A stretch of DNA of 64,000 bases. Source: Gammaproteobacteria bacterium (lineage in GTDB: Bacteria > Pseudomonadota > Gammaproteobacteria > CAKMZV01). The translations under genes were made by a program, and so were the position numbers. Under the pieces are notes generated by a model. That model made no database searches, was not told the DNA's origin, and saw only the letters and a list, made by a program, of their open reading frames with translations. This document shows positions 10,661 to 18,918 of the stretch, piece after piece. Where the stretch lies: NCBI GenBank assembly GCA_965277775.1, contig OZ255843.1, positions 583,451 through 647,450 on the forward strand, in the 5' to 3' direction. The stretch's first letter is position 1; each line of letters begins with the position of its first letter.

Positions 10661-10960
10661 ATGTTTTCGATCCACTGCCCCTACTGTCAAGAGTCACGCG
10701 AACAAATAGAATTTTCACCCACGGGCGAAGCTTTTATTGATCGCCCTAAAAACCCTGAGTCCCTGTCAGACAAAGAATGGGCGGATTATGTTTTTTATCG
10801 TTCCAACCACAAAGGCGATCACTGGGAACAATGGGTTCATACCCATGGCTGTCGTAAATATTTCTTGGTAGAACGTTCAACCATCAGCCATCAAGTGCTC
10901 AGAACCGCACCCATGGAAGACGCAGCGGCCATAAGAAAACAGCTTAAAGACAACAAATAA
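10661..10960 (+). CDS. soxD: Sarcosine oxidase delta subunit.
   Basis: 99 aa. CPYC...HGC zinc-ribbon-like motifs typical of SoxD. Lies between soxB and soxA. Confidence 0.8.
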   Translation: MFSIHCPYCQESREQIEFSPTGEAFIDRPKNPESLSDKEWADYVFYRSNHKGDHWEQWVHTHGCRKYFLVERSTISHQVLRTAPMEDAAAIRKQLKDNK

Positions 10961-10965
10961 CCATC

Positions 10966-13900
10966 ATGCGCTTAGCCAATCATCACTCAACTGTTATTGA
11001 TGCCGATCAAGTCGTCAACTTCAGCTTTAATGGCAAAGCCCTCACAGGCTTAAAAGGCGACACGCTCGCATCGGCGCTCATTGCCAACCGCGTCCAATTT
11101 TTATCTCGCAGTTTCAAATACGGTCGCAAACGCGGCCTGGTAGCTGCTGGTGTTGAAGAACCCAATGCCCTGGTTTCTTTAGAAGCAGAGGGTTACTACA
11201 CACCCAATATCAGAGCCACAGAAATACAATTATACGAAGGGCTGGTGGCCAAAAGTGCCATCGACACCGAGCAATTTGATTTGCGTGCTGCACTCAAACC
11301 CTTTCACCGTTTTATGCCCGCAGGGTTTTATTACAAAACCTTCATCATCCAAAAGATTTGGGCGAAGGTTGAAGACCATTTACGACGCTTGTCGGGCAAC
11401 TCAAAATCACCAACGGCACCAGATTCGGAAGTCTATGAGCATCAATACGGCTACTGTGACGTATTGGTTATTGGAGCGGGAATTGCAGGCATGCAAGCCA
11501 CCGTGGATTTGATAGAAAATCAGAATTTAAACGTCATATTAGTCGATGAACGCGCTCAAATGGGCGGAGAAATATTGAGTGATATTGCCTTTGATGACAC
11601 AGCAAAAACCCAGTACCAACAAAGCAGAATAACGCTCGAACAACAAGCGCTTAAAAATCCCGATCAACTCAGAATACTGCAAAACACCACAGCCTATTCT
11701 TGGTTGGACGACAATACCGTATTGGCTTTAGAAAAAGTCTCGGACAACCAGCCCATCAAGCAACGCAGACCAAATAGCTTTGCCAAGGTATTACACAAAA
11801 TTCGTGCCAAAAAAATCATCCTCGCCACTGGCGCGCATGAACGCCCCATGTTGTTTGCCAACAACGACCTCTCCCATATTATGCTGGCGCAATCGGTGCG
11901 CCGCTACGCCAACGAATTTGGTGTGGTTGCTGGCAAAAACATCGTGGTCTATGGCAATAACAACAGCATATATGAAGTAGCGCACGACTTGCTCAAACAC
12001 CAACTCAAAGTTCAAGTGGTCGATGTTAGAGCCCATTGTGATAGCCCTTTGGTGAAAAAACTGCAATCTAAAAACATCGAGTGTCATCAAGGTTATGCAA
12101 TCACTGCGGCTCATGGCAAAGATCAGGTCGAGTCAGTGACATTACAAAAAACCAACTATGTCAATGATCAATGGCAACTCATCCCTGTGGAACTGAGTTT
12201 GAATTGTGATTTGTTGGCAACTTCAGGCGGATTTAATCCTGTGGTCCATTTGGATTGTCACACGGGCTCAAAACCCGTTTACAACGAAACCTATCAGACT
12301 TTTATGCCCGTTGATGAACGCGAAAACCGCGTTGTTTGTGGTAGCATTGCTGGCTGGAGTCATTGGCAAGATGCGCAAATGGATGGTCATAACAAAGCCT
12401 TGACAATCATTCAGGCACTCACTGGTGGTAAGCCCGTGTCTCAGCAAGCACCGCCGCACAATCAAAGCTTGCAAATCAGTCCTTTTTTCACACCAGACGC
12501 CATCCTAAAATCGTCTCATGTGTTTTTAGATATGCAGAACGACGTCACAACCAAAGACGTTCGCCTTTCAATTACTGAGGGCTATCAATCGATTGAGCAC
12601 ATTAAACGCTACACCGCCATGGGCTTTGGCACCGATCAAGGTAAGACAGGCAACATCAACGGTATTGCTGTCGCGGCCGCCCTGCTAAAAACGCCCATGT
12701 CCGACATTGGCACCACCACTTTTAGACCGGCATACACAGCGGTACCCTTTGGTGCACTCGCTGGCAGTGGCTTAAAGACTTTTTTTGAGCCAGAAAGATT
12801 CACCCCCATCCACGCTTCACACGTCGCCCACGGTGCGGAATTTGAGCTGGTCGGACAGTGGTATAGACCTTGGTATTTTCCGAAAAATGGTGAAGACATG
12901 CATCAAGCCGTACAAAGAGAATGCCTCGCCGCACACACCTCGCTCGCCATGATGGACGCTTCTACCTTAGGCAAGATTGACATTCAAGGTAAGGACGCGC
13001 GTGAATTCTTATCCCGTGTTTACACCAATGCCTGGGCAAAATTGCCATCGGGTAAATGCCGATATGGCATTATGTTGGATGAAAAAGGGATGATTTCGGA
13101 CGATGGCGTCACCACGTGCATCGATGACAACCATTTTGTTATGACCACAACCACAGGCGGTGCGGCGGGCGTTTACAGCACCTTAGAAATGTGGTTGCAA
13201 ACCGAGTGGACCGATCTTGAAGTTTATTTAACCAGTGTCACAGATCACTTTTCAACCATAGCGGTTGTGGGGCCAGATGCCAGAAACTGCATGAAAACAC
13301 TTTGTTCTGACGTTGATTTTGATCGCACAGTATTCAAATTCATGGAATGGCGCCAAGGCACGGTTTGTGGCGTACCCGCACGCATTATGCGAATCAGTTT
13401 TTCTGGTGAACTGGCCTACGAAATCAATGTCCAAGCGAATTACGGCAAGGCCATTTGGGATCAGGTTTACGAGCAAGGGCAACCCTGGAACATAACGCCT
13501 TACGGCACAGAAACCATGCACGTGTTGAGGGCAGAAAAAGGCTATATTATTGTCGGGCAAGACACCGATGGTTCAGTCATGCCCGTTGATGCCAACATGA
13601 GCTGGATACTGGCGGCTAAGAAGGACTTTTCCTATATTGGCAAACGCTCACTGACACTGCCTGCCCTGACCAAAGACAAACGCAAACAACTGGTGGGATT
13701 GCACACCGTCGATGAGAGCGATTTTGTACTACCAGAAGGCACGCACTTGGTCAATAACAACAATCAATCTATAGGCCATGTCACCTCAAGCTACTACAGC
13801 GCTGTATTAAAGCGTTCAATCGCCATGGCGCTGGTCAAAGATGGACTCAATCGGATGGATGATGTGATCAAAGCATCGATCGTTCAACCCTATAAAAAGA

Positions 13901-13971
13901 CCGTTGAGTGCCAGATTGTCTCGTCCGTGTTTTATGACCCCAAAGGAGAAAATGTTGATGGCAATGACTAA
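10966..13971 (+). CDS. soxA: Sarcosine oxidase alpha subunit.
   Basis: 1001 aa. N-terminal CDVLVIGAGIAGM NAD/FAD fold. C-terminal aminomethyltransferase (GcvT-like) folate-binding domain. Confidence 0.85.
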   Translation: MRLANHHSTVIDADQVVNFSFNGKALTGLKGDTLASALIANRVQFLSRSFKYGRKRGLVAAGVEEPNALVSLEAEGYYTPNIRATEIQLYEGLVAKSAIDTEQFDLRAALKPFHRFMPAGFYYKTFIIQKIWAKVEDHLRRLSGNSKSPTAPDSEVYEHQYGYCDVLVIGAGIAGMQATVDLIENQNLNVILVDERAQMGGEILSDIAFDDTAKTQYQQSRITLEQQALKNPDQLRILQNTTAYSWLDDNTVLALEKVSDNQPIKQRRPNSFAKVLHKIRAKKIILATGAHERPMLFANNDLSHIMLAQSVRRYANEFGVVAGKNIVVYGNNNSIYEVAHDLLKHQLKVQVVDVRAHCDSPLVKKLQSKNIECHQGYAITAAHGKDQVESVTLQKTNYVNDQWQLIPVELSLNCDLLATSGGFNPVVHLDCHTGSKPVYNETYQTFMPVDERENRVVCGSIAGWSHWQDAQMDGHNKALTIIQALTGGKPVSQQAPPHNQSLQISPFFTPDAILKSSHVFLDMQNDVTTKDVRLSITEGYQSIEHIKRYTAMGFGTDQGKTGNINGIAVAAALLKTPMSDIGTTTFRPAYTAVPFGALAGSGLKTFFEPERFTPIHASHVAHGAEFELVGQWYRPWYFPKNGEDMHQAVQRECLAAHTSLAMMDASTLGKIDIQGKDAREFLSRVYTNAWAKLPSGKCRYGIMLDEKGMISDDGVTTCIDDNHFVMTTTTGGAAGVYSTLEMWLQTEWTDLEVYLTSVTDHFSTIAVVGPDARNCMKTLCSDVDFDRTVFKFMEWRQGTVCGVPARIMRISFSGELAYEINVQANYGKAIWDQVYEQGQPWNITPYGTETMHVLRAEKGYIIVGQDTDGSVMPVDANMSWILAAKKDFSYIGKRSLTLPALTKDKRKQLVGLHTVDESDFVLPEGTHLVNNNNQSIGHVTSSYYSAVLKRSIAMALVKDGLNRMDDVIKASIVQPYKKTVECQIVSSVFYDPKGENVDGND

Positions 13972-14530
13972 GTCTGCACAGTACCATGCTGTATTAGCAA
14001 CCGAAACCGATGAGAACGCGCACCTGTTTGATTTAAAATCGGTTCAATGCACAGAACAAACCCAGACGGCCGTGGTTATTCTGCGAACGAAAAATGCTAA
14101 AGCTGACCTCAAAACATTGGGATTTACAGCGCCTTCACCCTTAACATACAGCCAAAATAAAGCTGGCACGGTTTGTTTGTGGATAGGACCCGATGAATTC
14201 TGGTTATTGAGCACTGAAGCAGACAAGGATGCCTTGCTTAAAAAAGGAGAAGCATTATCTGGACACACTGCTTTGGTTGATAATTCTGGGGCGTACACAG
14301 CGTTGATTCTATCGGGTTCAAACGTTGACGCCTTATTAGCGCACCATGTGCCCTACGACCTCAAGCAAAACCTCCCATCTGGCAAGGTGGTGTCCACGCT
14401 CTTTGCCCAAGCGCCCACTGTTATTTATAGAACAAAAAACGAGACCATCCTCATCGTACGCCACTCTTTTGCCCACAGCATTGCCCGCCTATTGAAGCAA
14501 ACGGCCAATCGATTTTCATCGGGTGTCTGA
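13952..14530 (+). CDS. soxG: Sarcosine oxidase gamma subunit.
   Basis: Track ORF begins at 13904 inside soxA. Likely starts are the MLMAMTKS Mets at about 13952 to 13964, overlapping the soxA stop. Size (~190 aa) and position fit SoxG. Confidence 0.7.
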   Translation: MLMAMTKSAQYHAVLATETDENAHLFDLKSVQCTEQTQTAVVILRTKNAKADLKTLGFTAPSPLTYSQNKAGTVCLWIGPDEFWLLSTEADKDALLKKGEALSGHTALVDNSGAYTALILSGSNVDALLAHHVPYDLKQNLPSGKVVSTLFAQAPTVIYRTKNETILIVRHSFAHSIARLLKQTANRFSSGV

Positions 14531-14613
14531 CATCTGTTCAAAGACTTAAACGTTTTTTCCTTTTGCAGGGAGAAACCCTCAGTTAAGCACAGTCACGATG
14601 CGCCCCTGATACT

Positions 14614-14643
14614 CCGAGTTTTTCTAACAAAAAAACCACCACC
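14614..14643 (+). repeat. Copy A of a recurring junction motif: CCGAG-TTTTTCTAAC-AAAAAAA-CCACCACC.
   Basis: Shares the core TTTTCTAAC(G/A)AAAA...ACC with copies at 15916..15948 and 47307..47335. Lies between the soxG 3' end and the AT-rich islet. Confidence 0.5.
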
Positions 14644-14712
14644 TTTTAAACGAAAGCGGGGAAATTTGTTGTATGGAAGTCTCGGTTGTTGACAGCCAAT
14701 CATAGTCACCTG

Positions 14713-15342
14713 TTAGAGTAGGCTAAGGTTCTCTTTTAGCCAGTCTGATATAAAATTGGTGTAATCATTGTAAGTGACTTCTTCGGGTCTCAATTTTAAT
14801 TCTTGGCAGATGTTTTTCATTTCCATTAAAAATTTTCGATATCGATTATAGATTTCAATGCCTCCGGGGATCGTTTTTTTACCAAGTTTGTCATTCAACC
14901 AATTCCTTATTTGAGAAATTGCTTCTTCTGGGTGATTATTGTGGGACTTGATATCTTGTCCAGCAATATCCGACATAAATTTTTGATAGCGATGTGGTTC
15001 TTTGTCCAATATTAAGGTGATTTTTTGCTCTTGATCCTCATCCCCGAATTCCTTCGCTCCTATAAATACCCCTAATTCCAAGGGCATATTAAATCTAGGG
15101 AGTTTATTGATTTTATCTAATTCTGTTCTAGATATATCGTGAATGCCAAACTTAGATATTTCTATTAATTTTTTGATTTTATCAAAACGGACAACACCAC
15201 TGTCCTCTTCTTCAAGGGCACATTTTGGGATAAATCCGCAGTCAAATATTGTAAAAATTATTGCAGATCGAATAGATTCATATTCATCATCAAACGGACA
15301 GTTAACAAAAACGTTAAGGGGATAATCCTTGTGCATGCTCAT
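14713..15342 (-). CDS. TIR-like domain protein (resembles Pfam PF10137, 'predicted nucleotide-binding protein containing TIR-like domain') with an uncharacterised ~70-aa C-terminal extension.
   Basis: 209 aa. NVFVNCPFDDEY...PRFNMPLELGVFIGAKEFGDE...MSDIAGQDI...IRNWL aligns with the remembered PF10137 consensus (kVFIvHGhd...pRaRqNVifElGyFiGkLGRe...PSDlsGv...W..L). The reading frame is AT-rich. Confidence 0.5.
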   Translation of the reverse strand: MSMHKDYPLNVFVNCPFDDEYESIRSAIIFTIFDCGFIPKCALEEEDSGVVRFDKIKKLIEISKFGIHDISRTELDKINKLPRFNMPLELGVFIGAKEFGDEDQEQKITLILDKEPHRYQKFMSDIAGQDIKSHNNHPEEAISQIRNWLNDKLGKKTIPGGIEIYNRYRKFLMEMKNICQELKLRPEEVTYNDYTNFISDWLKENLSLL

Positions 15343-15346
15343 CCAT

Positions 15347-15733
15347 TTATCGTTTTTGTGATCTAGCAGCGATCACTTTTAAAACGGCCTTTTTTATTGC
15401 AATTCTGCTTATTTTTCCTTTTTTAGGTGCTGATTGTACAATTCTATTGGTATTGGCGGCTTTCGCAAGTGTTTTACCTGCGGAAGATTTTGATTTTGGC
15501 GATGCATTTGGACTTCTAAGGGTCTTTGCTGCCTTGGTTGTTGCTGCTTTCGTTAATGTTCTACCTGCGGAAGGCTTTGATTTTGGCGATGTATTTGAGC
15601 TTCTTAGGGTTTTTGCAGCTTTCGCAAGTGTTTTACCTGCGGAAGATTTTGATCTTGGAGATGCATTTGGATTTCTAAGGGTTTTTGCTGCCTTGGTTTT
15701 TGCTGCTTTTGAAGGTGATTTTTTAACGGGCAT
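15347..15733 (-). CDS. Lys/Ala-rich histone-H1-like (AlgP/Hc1-type) DNA-binding protein with three imperfect 24-29-aa tandem repeats.
   Basis: 128 aa, very basic. Repeats of AKTLRxxNxSP(K/R)SK(S/P)SAG(K/R)TL(A/T)KAA. It ends 4 nt before the start of the TIR-like gene, so the two form an operon. Confidence 0.5.
   Translation of the reverse strand: MPVKKSPSKAAKTKAAKTLRNPNASPRSKSSAGKTLAKAAKTLRSSNTSPKSKPSAGRTLTKAATTKAAKTLRSPNASPKSKSSAGKTLAKAANTNRIVQSAPKKGKISRIAIKKAVLKVIAARSQKR
15458..15688 (-). repeat. Three imperfect tandem DNA repeats (72-87 nt units) encoding the KA-rich repeats of the H1-like protein.
   Basis: TACCTGCGGAAG...TTTGATTTTGGCGATG...TTCTAAGGGT recurs at about 15475, 15562 and 15634. 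The antisense ORF 15447..15767 is an artefact of this repeat. Confidence 0.8.
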
Positions 15734-15915
15734 AATTGTTTCCTCAAATTCTGAAACGATCGTTTAATATTTAAGTTCAACTCCGCTTAAAGTTCTGTTT
15801 TCTAATTGTGTTAGCCACCTTGAGACGCTGAACTGTAGCACATTGATTTTGCCAAAGTGTACCACATTTGATAGGTTGTGTTGTCCCATGTCAGTCAATC
15901 GTGCGTATAACTGGA

Positions 15916-15948
15916 CCGTTTTCTTTCTAACGAAAAAAAAACACCGCC
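15916..15948 (+). repeat. Copy B of the junction motif: CCGTT-TTCTTTCTAAC-GAAAAAAAAA-CACCGCC.
   Basis: See copy A. Located at the other edge of the AT-rich islet, between the 3' end of the 811-aa gene and the H1-like gene promoter region. Confidence 0.5.
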
Positions 15949-16022
15949 TCATGAATGAAGAAACCAACATTCGGTAAACTCAGTCAATCGTGGGAAAATG
16001 GCGTAAGCGAAGGAGGGGATGA

Positions 16023-18458
16023 TTAGAATAATTTTTTGAGTTTATCTTCAACCGCGTCTTTGAGTTGCTTTTCAGCCTTATTTTGTTGCTCTTTGCGTTG
16101 CTTTTCAGCTTCAATTTGTTGCTCTTTGATGGCTTCTTCAATGCGTTTTTGTTCCTCAAGCAAACGGTTTTGTTCTATCAGTGTTTGGATGTCAAAACGG
16201 CGCAGTGATTCGATCTTTGACCGTTTGGAGTTTAGCAGTTGAGTGGTATTGTCCAAGTCGATCATCTTTTTATTGAAGTCTTCTATGTACGATTTGCGCA
16301 AGTCTGAAAGCTTGCGTCGTGCTTCGTTCTCAAAATCACTGCGAAATTCTTTAAAAACAGACTTTAAAGCGCCACCTAACTTGGCATCCAAATCTGAGTT
16401 AAAACCAATGTCGGGCGCGCCCAGTGAACCTCCAAAATCGATCTGTATGGAAAAGTCATTAAAGTCATTTAAAGCGTTCACCACGTATTTGCCTTCGGCC
16501 AAGGTTCTATAGCCATAAGTGTCCCAAGAAATGTCTTTATAATTGTACGCCAATTGCCCCTGTAGCTGATTATTGGCATCAATCCTCAGTTGGCCTTTAA
16601 TCTGCTCCTTGCCCCTATCTATGATCAGTGGCAGTTTCTCTTCTTGTAGCACAGTGAATTGTTCAATGCGTTTATCCAATTGATCAAAGTGCCATTCAGA
16701 AAATCCAGCACCTGACACGCGATAATCAAACACCCCATTCACCGTCAAAGGCACAGCGGATTTTTCAGCAAATGAAAGTTCGGAAATCATACCACTACCT
16801 TGGTGGTCAAAATGAAGGTTATGTCCCTCACCAATCCATTCTTTATCTTTAAATAAAGCGCTGATGTGTGTTTTTTTGATGTTGAAGCTGGGTTGAATAT
16901 CATATTCCTTAAAAGTGACCACTGTGCCTTTAAATACCAGGCTCGGGCTCTCATTTTTTCTTTGTTCACGCTCATTAAACCAAGTGACAGCATACTCGAT
17001 GATTGGCTCAGCTTTGACATACCATTCTCCCGCCGTATCAAATCGTTCAATCACATCTGGACCCAGAATGAGTTTGCCCAAATTGCCTAAGCCATCGTTG
17101 TTTAACTGGTATTGTGAAAGTAGGTTATTAATATCTTGGTCAATCGCACCATTTAAGTTTCGAATGTCGGTATTGACAACGTTCTGCTTGGCTGATAAAT
17201 CTTCATAAGCCAAGCTAATGGCCGCTTGTTGATCGGTCAATTTTTGCTTGAGGCTGTTCCAATGTTGATTCGCATCGGCAAGGGCTTGCGGATTGTTTAA
17301 ATCAACGCCCTTAAGCGATTCAATTTCTTGTTCTATAAACTTCAATTGCGCATCATCCAAAAAGACACTTTGGGTATTACGATAGGTCTTCTCTAAATCA
17401 TCAATTTTTAATTGCAAATCGACAATTTTTTGATTGAATGAAAGATTTGACTGAGCGATAATTTGGTCAATATCGGGTGTGGCAAGATCTGGCATTGTGA
17501 ACGTATCTTGCGCTGTTTTTGGTTCTGCGCCTGCCTCATCCACTACACTGTTTGATTCTGCCGCGGCCCCATTTTGTGGCGTATAAGGAACCGTTCTTAG
17601 CTGATCAAAGCTCATCCCTTTGAGTGTGAACTCCTCCACCACCCATCGACCGACAATGTAATGGTAAGTGCTGATAGACATTCTCAATTGTTGAATTTCA
17701 AATTGATTGCGCTTTACATCGTCTGGGTCTGCAACACTCACGCCTGTTAGCTCAAAAGCGAAGGGAATCACAGAAAATTGCACGCCTGAAATGCTGATCG
17801 GTGCTTGCCACAGAACAGACAATTGTTTTTCTAATTGATCTTTGATGAGATTTGAGCTTAGAAGCCAGTAAAAACCAAAACCGAGCGCCACAATCACACT
17901 GAGCAAGCTTATCTTTAGCTTTGAAAACCATGGCGATTTAGCTGAACTTTGCTGTACTCCAAGGATTTTGGTCACAAAGGATAACTTAGAGTTTTGAATT
18001 TTTTGAATCAACGCCAAATTTTGAACCCCTTTTAGGACGCGTTCACGGTACACTTTCAGCGTCAACCAAACAACAAAGAACAAGGGGATAATCAGCACCC
18101 AAGAGAGTATAAAACTGCCCAAAACAACAGAATCATTAAATCGAAAGAAACGCCAGATGGGATCGTTGTAAGCACCCGTCCAAAAAGCGCTTAGACTCGG
18201 AAGCTGTAACAGCCACAGTCCGAACACATCAAAAATAGGGAAAAGCACCAGCGCGGCAACCTCACTGAGTCCCCAACCCAAGACAAAGACGTTGTTGTTT
18301 ACTCTAAACAACATATAAAGTATCACAACGATGGCGTTGTGCGGTGACAGTAAGGGGGTAATGCCTATTAAACAGCCCAAACAGAGCGCAAATGCCCTTT
18401 GCGCAGGTGTACCTTCATTGACGAAGACTTTTAAATAATCAAACGATTCAAATTTCAT
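16023..18458 (-). CDS. Large membrane protein. The N-terminus is DUF2062-like and multi-pass. It is fused to a long TIGR03545/DUF748-like periplasmic region with a C-terminal coiled coil.
   Basis: 811 aa. N-terminal TPAQRAFALCLGCLIGITPLLSPHNAIVVILYMLFRVNN matches the DUF2062 signature. The C-terminus is K/E/Q-rich coiled coil (KRIEEAIKEQQIEAEKQRKEQQNKAEKQ). Confidence 0.45.
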   Translation of the reverse strand: MKFESFDYLKVFVNEGTPAQRAFALCLGCLIGITPLLSPHNAIVVILYMLFRVNNNVFVLGWGLSEVAALVLFPIFDVFGLWLLQLPSLSAFWTGAYNDPIWRFFRFNDSVVLGSFILSWVLIIPLFFVVWLTLKVYRERVLKGVQNLALIQKIQNSKLSFVTKILGVQQSSAKSPWFSKLKISLLSVIVALGFGFYWLLSSNLIKDQLEKQLSVLWQAPISISGVQFSVIPFAFELTGVSVADPDDVKRNQFEIQQLRMSISTYHYIVGRWVVEEFTLKGMSFDQLRTVPYTPQNGAAAESNSVVDEAGAEPKTAQDTFTMPDLATPDIDQIIAQSNLSFNQKIVDLQLKIDDLEKTYRNTQSVFLDDAQLKFIEQEIESLKGVDLNNPQALADANQHWNSLKQKLTDQQAAISLAYEDLSAKQNVVNTDIRNLNGAIDQDINNLLSQYQLNNDGLGNLGKLILGPDVIERFDTAGEWYVKAEPIIEYAVTWFNEREQRKNESPSLVFKGTVVTFKEYDIQPSFNIKKTHISALFKDKEWIGEGHNLHFDHQGSGMISELSFAEKSAVPLTVNGVFDYRVSGAGFSEWHFDQLDKRIEQFTVLQEEKLPLIIDRGKEQIKGQLRIDANNQLQGQLAYNYKDISWDTYGYRTLAEGKYVVNALNDFNDFSIQIDFGGSLGAPDIGFNSDLDAKLGGALKSVFKEFRSDFENEARRKLSDLRKSYIEDFNKKMIDLDNTTQLLNSKRSKIESLRRFDIQTLIEQNRLLEEQKRIEEAIKEQQIEAEKQRKEQQNKAEKQLKDAVEDKLKKLF

Positions 18459-18468
18459 TAAGTGTCAT

Positions 18469-18918
18469 CTATGGTTTCATTAAATTTACGAAGTTGTCCA
18501 TGGCTTGTGTGGCCAATGTGTCTGCTCGTTCGTTATAAGGATGTCCTGCGTGACCTTTTACCCATTGCAACGTCACATCATGTCGTTGCAAGAGATCATC
18601 CAAACACATCCACAAATCTTGATTTTTAATGGCCTGTTTATTCGCCCCTTTCCACTGCTTTTGTTTCCAGCCAGCCAGCCATTTCACTGCGCCATCGCAA
18701 ACATATTTCGAGTCTGTTACTAATTGTACACGACACGTGCTTTTCAATTGCTTCAGCCCTTCGATTGCCGCGGTTAATTCCATGCGATTATTGGTGGTAT
18801 GCGCCACTGACCCAGACAATTCTTTAACATGCTCATTATAAACCAGAATGGTGCCCCAGCCGCCGACGCCAGGATTGCCTTTGCAGCCACCATCGGAATA
18901 AATATAGACCTTTGTCAT
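18469..18918 (-). CDS. rnhA: Ribonuclease HI.
   Basis: 149 aa. IYSDGGCKGNPGVGGWG start and conserved DEDD residues. Adjacent to a yafS-like gene, as in E. coli. Confidence 0.9.
   Translation of the reverse strand: MTKVYIYSDGGCKGNPGVGGWGTILVYNEHVKELSGSVAHTTNNRMELTAAIEGLKQLKSTCRVQLVTDSKYVCDGAVKWLAGWKQKQWKGANKQAIKNQDLWMCLDDLLQRHDVTLQWVKGHAGHPYNERADTLATQAMDNFVNLMKP

Noticed and set aside
15447-15767. 106-aa plus-strand ORF with VLPAEDFDFGDAFGLLRVFAA repeats
   Set aside because: Antisense to the H1-like KA-repeat gene. Its periodicity simply mirrors the coding repeat on the other strand.
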